From positions 62,001 to 126,000 of the forward strand of contig NGBS01001161.1 of the NCBI GenBank assembly GCA_002245135.1: 64,000 bases of DNA, written 5' to 3'. The notes beneath the pieces were generated by a model. That model was given only the letters and a program-made list of their open reading frames with translations, did no database searches and was not told the DNA's origin. This document shows positions 27,301 to 39,360 of the stretch, in pieces. The translations under genes and the position numbers were made by a program. Numbering within the stretch: position 1 is the first letter of the stretch; every line of letters starts with the position of its first letter. This DNA comes from Proteromonas lacertae. Its lineage: Eukaryota.

Positions 27301-30300
27301 TATCAACATGTATCTCGGATAATAACTTATATTTACTATCTTCATTAATAGTCATGTGTAATTCAGATATTAACTTATCAATATTTTCTCTATTAGCATC
27401 ATCAGGTAATTCAGATAATAAATCATATACATATTGTTTTGAAGATTGAACCAGTAATGTTAACAATGACTTTTCTATATTTACTTTACATCCATCATTA
27501 GGTAATTCTAACAACAACTTTTCTATATGTTCTTTACTTCCATCAACAAGTAATTCAGATAATACTTTAATTTTACTCTCTTCATTAATAGTGATAAGTA
27601 ATTGTGATAATAACTTAATTTTTATCTCTCTATTTATAGGAATAAGCAATTGTGATAATAATTTGACTTTTATCTCTTCATTAGTAAGAATAAGTAATTC
27701 AGATAATACCTTACATTTTCCATCTTCACCAGTATTATTACCATCATGTAATTTAGATAATAAAAAATTATTACTCTCTTCATTAGTAAAAAGTAATTGT
27801 GATAATAACTTAATTTTTATCTCTCTATTTATATGAATAAGTAATTCGGATAATACCTTATTTCTATACTCTTCACTAGTATTAACAAGTAATTCGGATA
27901 ATACCTTACATTTTACATCTTCATTTATATGAATAAGTAATTCAAATAATAACTTAATTTTTATCTCTCTATTTATATGAATAAGTAATTCGGATAATAC
28001 CTTATTTCTATACTCTTCACTAGTATTAACAAGTAATTCAGATAATAACTTATTTCTATTCTTTGTATTAGCAAACAATTAGTAAATCTGATAGTATTTT
28101 ATTTTTACTCTCTACATTAGAAATATTGAGTATTTCAAATAATGTTTGATTTTTACTCTCTTCACTGGTATTAACAAGTAATTCTGATAATAACCTATTT
28201 CTATTCTTTTCATTAATTTGTAATGAAGATAATAACTTATTTCTATTCTCTGTATTAGAAACAATAAGGATTTTGAATAATATTTCATTTTTCTTCTCTT
28301 CAATAACAAAAGCAGGTAATTTAGATAATAACTCATCTATGTATTGTTTGGAATCTTCAACAGACAATATAGATAATAACTTTTCTATGTATTCTTTACT
28401 TGCACCAACAAGTAATTCCAATAATAACTTATCTTTATCTTCTACATCAATATCAATAGGTAATTCAGATAATAACTCATTTAAGTACATTCTAATATCA
28501 TCAACAGGTAATTCAGATAATAACTTTTTACTTGCATCATTAGGTAATGTTAATAAAAACTTTTCCATATTTTCTTTACTTCCACCGACTAATTCCAATA
28601 ACAACTTATTTCTATTCTCTTCATTAATAGGAATGGGATAATTTAGATAATAATATATCTATGTAATAATTAGTTGAAAAAATAATTGTATCTGATAATA
28701 ATTTATCTTTACTTTGTTTATTAATAGTCATGTGTAATTCAGATATTAACTTATCAATATTTTCTCTATTAGCATCATCAGGTAATTCAGATAAAAATAC
28801 ATCAATATACTTCTTTGAAGCTTCAACCAGTAATGTTAACAATGACTTTTCTATATTTACTTTACATCCATCATTAGGTAATTCTAACAACAACTTTTCT
28901 ATATGTTCTTTATTTGCATTAACATGCAATTTAGATAATAATACATCTAAGCAATCATTACCAGCTTTAACGAGTAATTCCATTAATAATTTGTCTCTAT
29001 TCGCTGCATTAAAAGGATAGGTTAATTTAGATAATAATAACTCATTTATACACTGTTTAATGTCATTAATAGGTAATTTAGATAATAATTCATCTATATA
29101 ATTTTCAGAAGGAATAGTATTTCCAATAAATCTTTTCATTTGTATTACTTTATTATTATTTCTCTCTAGTACTATACTTTCATTTATCTTCCTACATACA
29201 CTTTCAATATTATTTATAATTCTTTTAGTTTGTTCTGTTATTTTTAATTTACTTTCAAATTTACTCGATAAATATGTAATTAAACCTTCGTATGGAGTTA
29301 TAGTTTGTAACAAACTGTCAGTAGTATCAGTTTGAATAATACTTTTAAAATATTTAACCAATTTTTTGATTTTCTTTTCATGACTGATTGTCTTTTTTAT
29401 AGGTTCTTTAATAAGTAAATTTGAATAGTCTCTTGGTTTGAATACTAATGTTTTCTTAGCAGTATAACTTTTCATTGATGGAGAATCTTTTGTTGCAATA
29501 TCAAACAATTCTTTTTTAGAAATTTTTAAATCATTAAGTCTTAGTCTTTTTGATTTTATAGATATGATAATATTTTCTGGCTTTACTTCTTTTTCATTGT
29601 TCTTATTTTCATTTACTTTTGTCTTTTTATTAGAAGGCTCCATATTCCTGTTATAAGTCTTTTCCATTTCTTGAATCATTAGTTCTTTAAATATTTTTCC
29701 ATATTGTCCAAAATTAGCAGAACCCATTTCAGGTGGTTTTACAACATTATCATGTTGATAAGTAATAAATACTATTTTAAATAACGGATTACACATCTTC
29801 AATTTGTTCTTTAATTCCTCTTTTAATTTATTATCTTTTACAAAACCATTTTCATCATATATTAGATCTGTCTCTTCTTTAATTTTCTATAATAATAATA
29901 ATAATAATAATATATATACTAAAATAATCTGTTTCTTCATATCTTTTTTTTTACTATTATCACCCAAATAGCAGTATATAATATCAATTAAATAATCATC
30001 TAAATCATATAATAACATTGTTTTTATTTCAGAATTTATATTATTCTTTACATATTCATTTGCTTCTTCAAGATCGAATATACTTAGCAATTGAAGTTGA
30101 TATTGTAATAAAGCATATTCATTATTAAAACATATTAATCTTTCATCTGCATCAACTTTTCTAAATTCATTAGTTTTTTCTTTAAGTAATTTTTCATCGT
30201 AATTATAGTTTGTAACATCTAATTTTATTGTTTCATTTAGATAATTCAATGAAATATGTAATAAATTTCTTACATATGATTCTAATGGTTGATCATTATT

Positions 30301-32599
30301 ATTCAATGTATAATTACTGAAACATAATAATGATTTTATCAATTTCTGTATTGTATGGAGGTAGTATTTCAATAACTCTATTTTTCCACATACTTGTTTT
30401 AATTTTTCTAGATTATTTTGATAATTTGCTTTACTTTGATATTCTGCAAGTTCATCCTGAATTGCTTTTAATGCATTGAACTGATTTTTTAACAACGAAA
30501 CTAAATCATTCAATCCAGGAATTGATTCATTGGGTTGTAAATCATTTATGAAATCATTTAACCGATTATATAATTCATTTAACATTACTAATTTATTATG
30601 TAATTCTTTTAATAGAGAAAAGTATCCAGATTCTTCCAGTAATCCTAAATGTGAGGAAAAAAGATTATCTACTGTAAATATTTGTTTAGATAGTTTATCT
30701 TCTAATCCATTTACATTAACCTTCAAGTTATGGACTATGGTTTGAGCTGTTTCATATGCTTCTATTTTCTTTGATGATATTTTGTAACAATATAATTTAA
30801 TTGATTCTTCTGATTCTTTTAATAATACACAAATACTATCCACAACATTCTTAAAAATGAATAATTTCGTTTTAATTTCATATGCCTCAATTGGTTCAAC
30901 CTTAATTTCTTTGTTTTCTTTTAATCCTTTTAATTTACTGCTATATTCATCAATTTTGCTTTGTGATTCATTCAATTGTTTTTGGAAATTATTTAATTCT
31001 TTATTTAATGTTTCTAATCTACTTTCTATTAATTTTACATTTGATGAACCTTTAACAAGTAATCTACTATCTAATTCTTCAATTTTTATCGTATCACCAT
31101 ACATAACTTTGAGTAATTCTTTCTTTCTCTCGGGATTATAGTTGTTAATTAAATCAGAGTTAATGTTTTTTCTACAGTTAAGTTCATTGATTAAAAACTA
31201 TACACAGTAAAAACATATTATAATATACAAAACTTTCACATAGGATTCTTTTACGTTCATCCATTTTAAATATTATATTTTTCTTTAAACTGCTTGGTAT
31301 ATAGCCAAGATCATAAAGTGACGATTCTCGGTTAAACTCTTTTGGATATGGCTTAGGAATAGGTGGATTTAATATGTAGTTTATCATCACATCCTTATGA
31401 AGATTGTATATCATCTATTCAATTATAATATTATATATAAATACATTGAGAAATACAATTACAGTATCTATTACAGAATGATTATCTGCTATTGTCATTT
31501 GAAGGGATGTAATATTGAATTTATTGATAATACAACCATCAATTGCTGGGAAATCTTTAATTATACCAAAATCAACATACATTGCATCTACATCTTCATT
31601 CTTGTCATTACGTTTAACAAAATATTTTGATTTAGAGTTAAAATACTCATCAAATTCACTCAATTTATGATGATAACATACATCTTTAGGAATATATATA
31701 TTCTCATCAGTAATTAGCTTATTCCTTACAATAATGTGACACATTCTTTCAAATATTATTCCTTCGCTTTGATCCTTAAATAAATTACATAATTGTAGTA
31801 ATTTATCTTTACTAATGAAGTATGTAACTAAAATTTCTCTTTTTATTTCATCTGATATAAACTTTATCCTATCTGCAATTACATCTACTCTTTTAGTATC
31901 ATATATATAAAAAAGATCATTGTATGATGGTGGTATATATGCAGGTAAACCATCTTTCTCTGGATTAAATGTTGTGTCATTTATATTTTCTTTTAATTCC
32001 TTCAATTTCATGTTAGTGTTTATAATTTCTTCTGTTGTGAGAGGTAATAAATAGAATTGTACTGGAGCTCTTTTATTACTCATTACCTTATACTTTTCTG
32101 CTTTTGGTGAAGATACCATAATAACTATCTCATCATTACTGAAGTCATCTTCTTTAATGGGAAAATTATCACTAATTATTATTGTTCTTCTGTTAGTAAA
32201 AGGTAACTTTTCTGATATTTTATATTCTACACCATATGCTTCTCTAAAATGATATATCGGTTCATCTTTCTTTGAGTCACTGAAAAGAACAATGTTATAT
32301 TCCTTAAAATCTTTATCCATGTTGAAACAATAAGCTAGAAAGCAGCAGAATGTTGTTTTACCTATTTTATGGTTGCCATACACCAAAAAGCATTTTTGAT
32401 ATTTAGAGGAACTTCTTTTCTTTATAACACTTTTCATCTCATAGTAAATACGAATAAAACAATCTCTAACTAATATGAAAGGTTCATCACAACAATAGAA
32501 AGCATTGCCCTTGTAACCCTTCCTTTCTACTAGTTTTATTTCGTTTATATCAGTATATGTTATAGATGTGGATGATTCCATAACTGAATTAACACACAA
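24369..32599 (-). CDS. Giant Crinkler/RHS-type (CR) multidomain protein: NTPase-REase, coiled coil, 16-aa repeats, second NTPase, polyQ, pseudo-USP, acidic tail
   Basis: ORFs 31415, 31184, 29887, 28624, 28068, 27188 and 24369 join through in-phase GT-AG introns (~31415-31444, ~31198-31228, ~29887-29919, ~27162-27195, 24707-24739) plus two 1-nt frameshifts (~28635, ~28075). Motifs: YGNHKIGKT, VSSP..YK, IFERMCH..DFPAIDG..LQMTIADNH, RGNPGCGKT, ITSPDYKNYK, YGNVPRHI. Confidence 0.75.
27290..29100 (-). repeat. Coding tandem array of ~48-nt (16-aa) units, consensus like NEESKNKLLSELLVNT
   Basis: Recurrent ...AATTCAGATAATA...; 144-nt periodicity near 27810/27954; ~190-bp block duplicated at ~27345-27536 and ~28721-28912. 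Confidence 0.85.
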
Positions 32600-33238
32600 A
32601 CTATATCAAGCTTTTGATAATAAAAAACATAAAAATTAGAAAAAAATACTCATTATTATTATGTACTTTATACGGTTTTGTTTTATATATTGCTTTACCA
32701 TGTCATTTATTCTGGAGTTATTCTTCCATCATCTGTTTAACCAATATTTATTAACCTGAGATAAAGAAGGTGGGTATAAAACAAGAAGGATGTCCTTTCT
32801 TGTTCATCTGCTTCTTCACACTCCATTATCCTCTTCTCTTTTAATTTTATTCCATTATACCATTAATTCACTTTATGAGCTATTCATCTGGTTACAGCAA
32901 GAATTACTTTTGTTATTACTCTTTTACTTTATGATATGATAAGTAATTTCATTTTATATATGTGAATTATTATTGTTATTTTTTGAAAATATGTATAATG
33001 TCAGTTATTATTATATTTGTTAAATGAAATATATACTCTTCACCGCTAGTATACTTTTTCTTACATTTTACACACTTTCCCCTTTAATGAGATAATAAAA
33101 TATGAGAAATTATTACAAAATTTACAATGAATATGTTTATCTTCATCACTTACTGCGAATAATTATTTATTATTATAAGCTTAAATCAAAATATACATAA
33201 AAAAATTACAATAATAATAACAATTAATAATGACTTCT

Positions 33239-33921
33239 ACACTTTTATCTACTTACCACTGATCATACTCTTGAATATATTTCCAGCTACATTAACATAT
33301 GAACCCCAGTCTACTGAAGATTGTTGATGTGGCACATCTGTAGAAACTGTCATCTTTGTTCTATTCACTAATGCATTCAAATCTGTTTCAAGTATGCAAC
33401 CGTTGTCAATTATTTCATCAATAAGAAGTAAAACATATTTCAAATTATCGAACAATGATCTTTTATCAATTGAACCACTATTCATATTAACAATATACGA
33501 TTATATACTAGCAAATTGTATTTAATGCATCATAAAAAGACTCCAATAACGAAATCAAAAGCAAATCATTTTCACTATCGTTGGCTATCATGTATACAGT
33601 ACATTCATTACCACATTTATAAGCTACTAAGTATGTATCAACTACAATTACTTCAGCTAAGACAATATATAAGCGAAGATACCATCAGAACGATTAACAA
33701 TATTCTTAGTTCTATTAAAAATATTCTTTTCTAAGGCTTCACTTTCTTCAGCGTTTTTAAGGTATTTAGAAAAGTATTTTCTTACTATTTTCTCTCCAGT
33801 TGTATCAAGAATAGTAATGCCGTGGATATATGGAGCAATTGAGTTCTATGAAATTATAAAAAATGTCAAATTCCATACCATTGCAATATAAATGATTGAA
33901 AAAGCAAGATGAAAAATATCT
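33239..33921. repeat. 683-bp direct repeat, right copy
   Basis: Matches 22487-23169. Confidence 0.92.
33249..33881 (-). CDS. COPZ: Coatomer subunit zeta, copy 2
   Basis: Same exons and introns as copy 1; head-to-head with CFAP251. Confidence 0.88.
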
Positions 33922-33997
33922 CAAATTCTATTCTGAAAATTTATTCGTTTCATTCGTTTTTTAAATAAACGTTTTTTGTTTTTAATATTTAATTATT

Positions 33998-36905
33998 ATG
34001 GATGATCCATCTGGTATAGGATCTATTACAGGAATTAATGAAAAGAATGCACTTGTATGACAAGATGATATAATAAAATAGACTTTAAAATGGGCTTTTG
34101 GAATGAATTATAACACTTATAATGGAGTTCATAGTTTATGTAATGATTCTAGAACCGCTGTATTTTATTCAACAGCACATACTGGTATTATATATGATTA
34201 TCAAATGAAAAAACAGCAACTATTACAGGGTCATGTATTTTCAACAATTTATTTAATTTCTATTAGTGTAATCCAATATCATGCTCATGTGTAAGTGAAG
34301 ATAAAAAATGGATTGTTACTGGTGATGCTGGTATTGATTCAATTATGGTTATTTGGGATTCAAACACTGCATTACCAATAAAGACGTTTTTCTCTCCCCA
34401 TAAAAATGGTGTTCTTTCTGTTGATATGTCTCCAGATGCTTTATTCATTGTAACATTAAGTGGTGTTAGTGGAGAAGATGCTCAAGAAATATCCCTTTGG
34501 GAATGGACAGTACCAAATGATGGTCCTTTATATACATGCACTGTATAAATATAAGTATTAGTTTAATTAATTAGATTAACACAACAGATGTTCAATTCAT
34601 GGTTCATTTTAATCCAACAGATATTAAACAAATAGTATCCAATGGTGATCAACGTGTAATATTCTGGAATTGGTATGATAATGAATTAAAGTATTATTCA
34701 CCACCAGTAACATCAGCAGATTTTCATCAACCTTTAGGTTCGTTTATTCAAACTATATTTATACCAAACACAACTCAAGCTATGTCTGGTACTGGTTTAG
34801 GTCAATTGGTAGTATGGGAATCAAGTGAAGCAGTAACATATAATGATCAAATACCTCAAGCATCTGATAAAAGAGCTGTGAAAATAATGAAAATAGTGAG
34901 AGGTGGAGGTGTTAATATTATAAGTATATATATATATTATATTTAATAATAAATAGATGTACATGATGGTTATATAATTGTAGCAGGTGATGACGGTTGT
35001 ATTCGATTCTATGATATGATGATGAGATTAGTTGCTTGGTTTGAAGATATCAAAGCTGGTCCAATCATGTCTTTATCATTTGCCAATTCATTACCAGTAA
35101 AAGGATCAGATCCTGAGTCATTTATGATTCCTGATTTTATTATTAGTACTAAACAAGGTTATATTATTGCATGCCAAGGTAAAATGTTTGATAGTGTTGA
35201 TCCAATAATGAGAAAAGGAATGGTTATTATGCAAGGACAAAATGGAGCAGTTCAAGCTATAGCTTGTCATCCAAATAAAACATTACTTGCTACAAGTAGT
35301 GATTCTGGTAATATTCAATTATGGGATTATATTACACATCGTTTAATTAATGGATACAAATTTTTACCTCCAATATGTGTAACAGCAATGGAATTCAGTC
35401 CATCTGGTGAATATTTAATAATTGGTACAGAAGATGGACAAATAAGAGTGTTGGATGGAATGATCAAAGAAGAATTTCAAGAGCCATCTAAATTCCATAA
35501 AGGTTCAGTTAATTCAATTACATTTGCACCAGATGGTGAATCATTTGCTACTACAGATACTAATTTATGTGTTGGTTTATATAGATTGATGTTTAGTCCA
35601 TTACAGGATGAACAACATGATTATAAAATATGGATATTTATAGGTGAAAATCAAGGTCATACTAGACAAATTACTGGTATATGTTATGGTAAGAAAGATT
35701 CTCATGATACTTTGTATAGTATTGGAGAAGATAGATATTTGACTGAATATGATATTGATGGTGGTTCAATTTTAGATGGATTTCATCAACTAGGAAGTAG
35801 AAGAAGAATTGAACAATTAGCTTATCCAACTGCCTGCATATGGATGGAATCTGCTGAAAGTAAAGAACCATTATTAGTTGTATCAAATGATGAATATAAA
35901 ATTAAATTATGGAATACCGATTCAAAGACTAATCGTAAAACATGTCTATCACCAACCTATGGTGGTCCAATTACTAAATTATTCAAATTAACTAAAGAGA
36001 ATGTTATTAATGTATTAGGTTATGCAACGAATGAGAAAGTTATTGGTTTAATATTATTACCAATCGATGGAAATCCTAATAAAACAATGGGTTTAATCGC
36101 ACATCCTAATGAAATTACTGATGTTAAAGTGTCAAATGATGGAAAATATCTATTTACATCTGGAGGCAATGACGCTACTGTAAATATGTGGTCAATTGAT
36201 ATTCAAGCACTTGTCAATACTTCAGAAAATAATAATAATAAAGACCAACAACAAGGACAACAACAACAGGGACAAGGACAACAGCAAACTAATGCAAATA
36301 AGAATCCATATATTGCTTTATTAGAAGGTGGAAATAATGGTGAATTTTATCATGAAATTCTAGATTATTTCTATTTTTCACAACTTAGAGCTCAAGGTGA
36401 AGATACAACTGATGGTCGTACAATTACAGGACAAATCCCAATTTCTGAAGTTCCATTTTTAATGAGGGCTATTGGATATTATCCTAGCAATCAAGAAATA
36501 GAACATATGTTAAATGAAATTAAGTATTCTGATTATTTAGAAACAAATGAAGTGAGAAAGATGATTGGAATTAATGAATTTATTAGAATATATGTTAATC
36601 ATAGACCTGTATTTGGTATTGGTAAAGAACATATTCAAAGAGCATTTGAAACACTTGGAGTTGGAGCTGGTGAGTCAATGGAATGGGAACAATTAAAGGA
36701 ATATTTAACTACAACGTATTATTATATTATATATGTAAATAGTGCTGAACCAATGACTGAGGAAGAAATTCAAGATTGTTTGACTAAATTATTAGGTGAA
36801 GATCCAATGCCTGAATCTGTATGATTATATATTATATTTTTATCTGTATAGTTTACTCCAGAACAATTTGCAACAGATGTGCTTGGGTTTGAATCTTATG
36901 AATAA
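33998..36905 (+). CDS. CFAP251: Cilia/flagella-associated WD40 + EF-hand-like protein CFAP251 (WDR66)
   Basis: LKWAFGMN, WD40 repeats, RKTCLSPTYGGP, LPIDGNPNKTMGLIAHP, DYFYFSQLRAQGEDTT, LMRAIGYYPS.QEIE.M, YVNHRPVFG; six GT-AG introns. Confidence 0.9.
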
Positions 36906-36991
36906 ATTTTATCTAATTCTTATATATTGTGTGTTTGATATTTATAAATAAACATAAATAATATATAATAAACAACATTACTAACAATAAA

Positions 36992-37249
36992 TTAAAAGTT
37001 TGGAGCTGGAGTTTGTGTTAATAAAATACCATTCCTTTCTTTTAACGTAATTCTTTCATATGAATATTTATCATCAGGTGAAAATCGAGCTACGATATAT
37101 ATATTTCTTAGAAAATACCTGGATGAGCTGATAAAGTTGGATTACCCTCTGGATCAACTTTCTATTGATACAATACATAGATAAAAACTAAATACCTTCA
37201 ATGTATAAACTCTCTTGCCATCAGCACCTAAATAATACATCAAATGCAT
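36992..37249 (-). CDS. NOP10: H/ACA RNP subunit NOP10 (missed by the ORF track)
   Basis: Spliced [58 protein letters not shown]. Confidence 0.96.
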
Positions 37250-37379
37250 TTTTCAAAAGTAAAATGAAAATGAAAAGAAAAACGAATTAATTAACGAATT
37301 AATTTTTTGAATCTAAAAAAACAACATTCCATAATAGATAATCATAAAAAAACATATTCTTCTTCTACAGTAATGATTA

Positions 37380-39180
37380 TTAATCATTTTTTTTAGGAGG
37401 TTTACACGAAAATCTATTTACATCCATCAAATTCTTAATACTACTTGGTGTATCAATTCCCATATTCACAGTGGAATGAATTGGAGCTCCTAATAGCGTA
37501 TAATACCCTACTAAACTTGTAAATATATCAACAATTGTCTAATTTCATTATATGAAATAATTATACAGAAAAAGCAAGAATGCACAAAAGCCATAATATC
37601 AACACAACAATTCCTTGAAAATGAAATCCATCAGATATTGAAAAAGGCATTTTATCTGGCAAGTTATGAATAACAAAACGACACATCTAATCATTAAAAT
37701 AGCAATTATAAATATTATTATACAACAGCAATTAAAGGAATAGGACAATATGCTAATCTATCAGAAATTGGATAAAGAGGTTACAAATATTTATGAATTA
37801 AAAAGAAATAAATGATCAATACCTCAACAAAAAAAGGATATATCAATAAATGCTCTTTTTACTTGAGGTTCAATTAAATCATATCCAAAAATTGCTATTC
37901 ATTAAAATATAAATATATACAATTAAATTCTAAGTAATTTTCTTTAGTAAAACCATTATTTTTACATAAAAATCCATGTTTCACCCAATCAACAGCTATT
38001 TCTATAGCTCCAGCAAATAAACATCTAAGAATGTAAGTTCCAAATGTTGTTCCTGGATTTTTTGGATAAGATAATAAAACTAATGATAAATTACATAATA
38101 ATTCAAATCTTTCTACAATATCTAAACATAATGTTTGAAATAATCTATTCTGATCATAATTCTTAAACACGACAGATTTTATTTCTGAGAAATTGTTACT
38201 TAATAATAAAGAAAAGAAATAAGAAAATGAAGAGTAATTTATATTAAATAATTCTAATAATAATGATCATATAAAATGATATATCAAAAGTTACAGATAA
38301 TGTAATGACCTGTAAATATTTTATAAATGTATGAGAAACGAAACAAATTGTACAAAGAAATGTATCTTTGAATAGTTCCTTTGTTTTATTTGGTTCATAT
38401 TCACATTCATAATACAAACCATTTAATGCATCCTATTTTATATAAAAAATTAAATATTAATATATATATGTTATGATATACATGACATAATGATGCAAGT
38501 AATGTATTAGCAATATCCAACATATTATATATCACATAAAACTTCATTAATTCTTGACCTCTGATTAAATGATACAATTTAGTAAATGAGACGAAAAATA
38601 GACAATATAATGATATCAAAAATATCAAAAACCTTAAACAATCAAATAAATGAGTTCTATGTAAGTTGAGGGAATAATAACCAAATGTAATAATATATTT
38701 TATAACATTTAATATGATATAACATATTCTCAATGGCAAATATATTACATAAGATAGCCATATACATAAAGTAAGCAAAAAACCAAACCACATTGGCTTT
38801 TCTAGCGTCAATGGCAATGCAAATATTGCTCGAACTGAATCATGGTTTATTTCTGCTTTTTTGGTTGTTGCTTCATTATGATCGTAATTCCAAGAGTAGT
38901 TTCTTTCTACAAATTGCATTAGTGATAATTCTTGCATGAAATAACCAAATTTTCTTGAAATTCGATTCTTTGAGTCTGTATTTGGCGGATTAATATATTT
39001 CCTAATTCATTTATATATCATTAGTCTAAATACTTAGTTGTTCTCATTTTATAACACTTCTTTGGTGTTACTATTGGTTCCAACTAGTTAATTTCAATAG
39101 AAATACAATACAGCTGCACCATTTTTAATAATAGTTTCCAATTCAGAAATACGCTTCTCAAGTTCATCGTATTTGTCCAT
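37380..39180 (-). CDS. TAPT1: TAPT1/Emp65 (DUF747) ER membrane protein
   Basis: LYHLIRGQELMKFYVIYNMLDI, LLSNNFSEIKSVVFK.YDQNRLFQTLCLDIVERFEL, EIAVDWVKHGF, RLAYCPIPL; contains two U12-like introns. Confidence 0.9.
37781..37841 (-). other. U12-type AT-AA intron (61 nt, phase 0) in TAPT1
   Basis: GAT|ATATCCTTT...TTTTTAAT...TTTGTAA|CCT gives FIDPLYPISDRL; perfect U12 5' consensus. Confidence 0.8.
38234..38282 (-). other. U12-type AT-AC intron (49 nt, phase 0) in TAPT1
   Basis: GAT|ATATCATTT...TATTTAATATAAATTAC|TCT gives LSVTFDSSFSYFFSLLLSNNF; the nearest GT-AG alternative hits an in-frame TAA. Confidence 0.85.
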
Positions 39181-39360
39181 CTTTTGAAATTATATAAAAA
39201 TGATCGTTTCACATATAACGACTATATATTTTGAATGAAAAAGAAAAAACGAATAGACTGAGCTTTACTATTCAATAATATTATCAGACTTTATCTATCA
39301 ATCCAACAAACAAATACACTGATGAAAATTAATTAATAATATTTAGTCAAATACTGTAAT

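Noticed and set aside
27290..29100. CRISPR-like array
   Set aside because: Degenerate in-frame coding repeats without unique spacers, in a eukaryotic gene.
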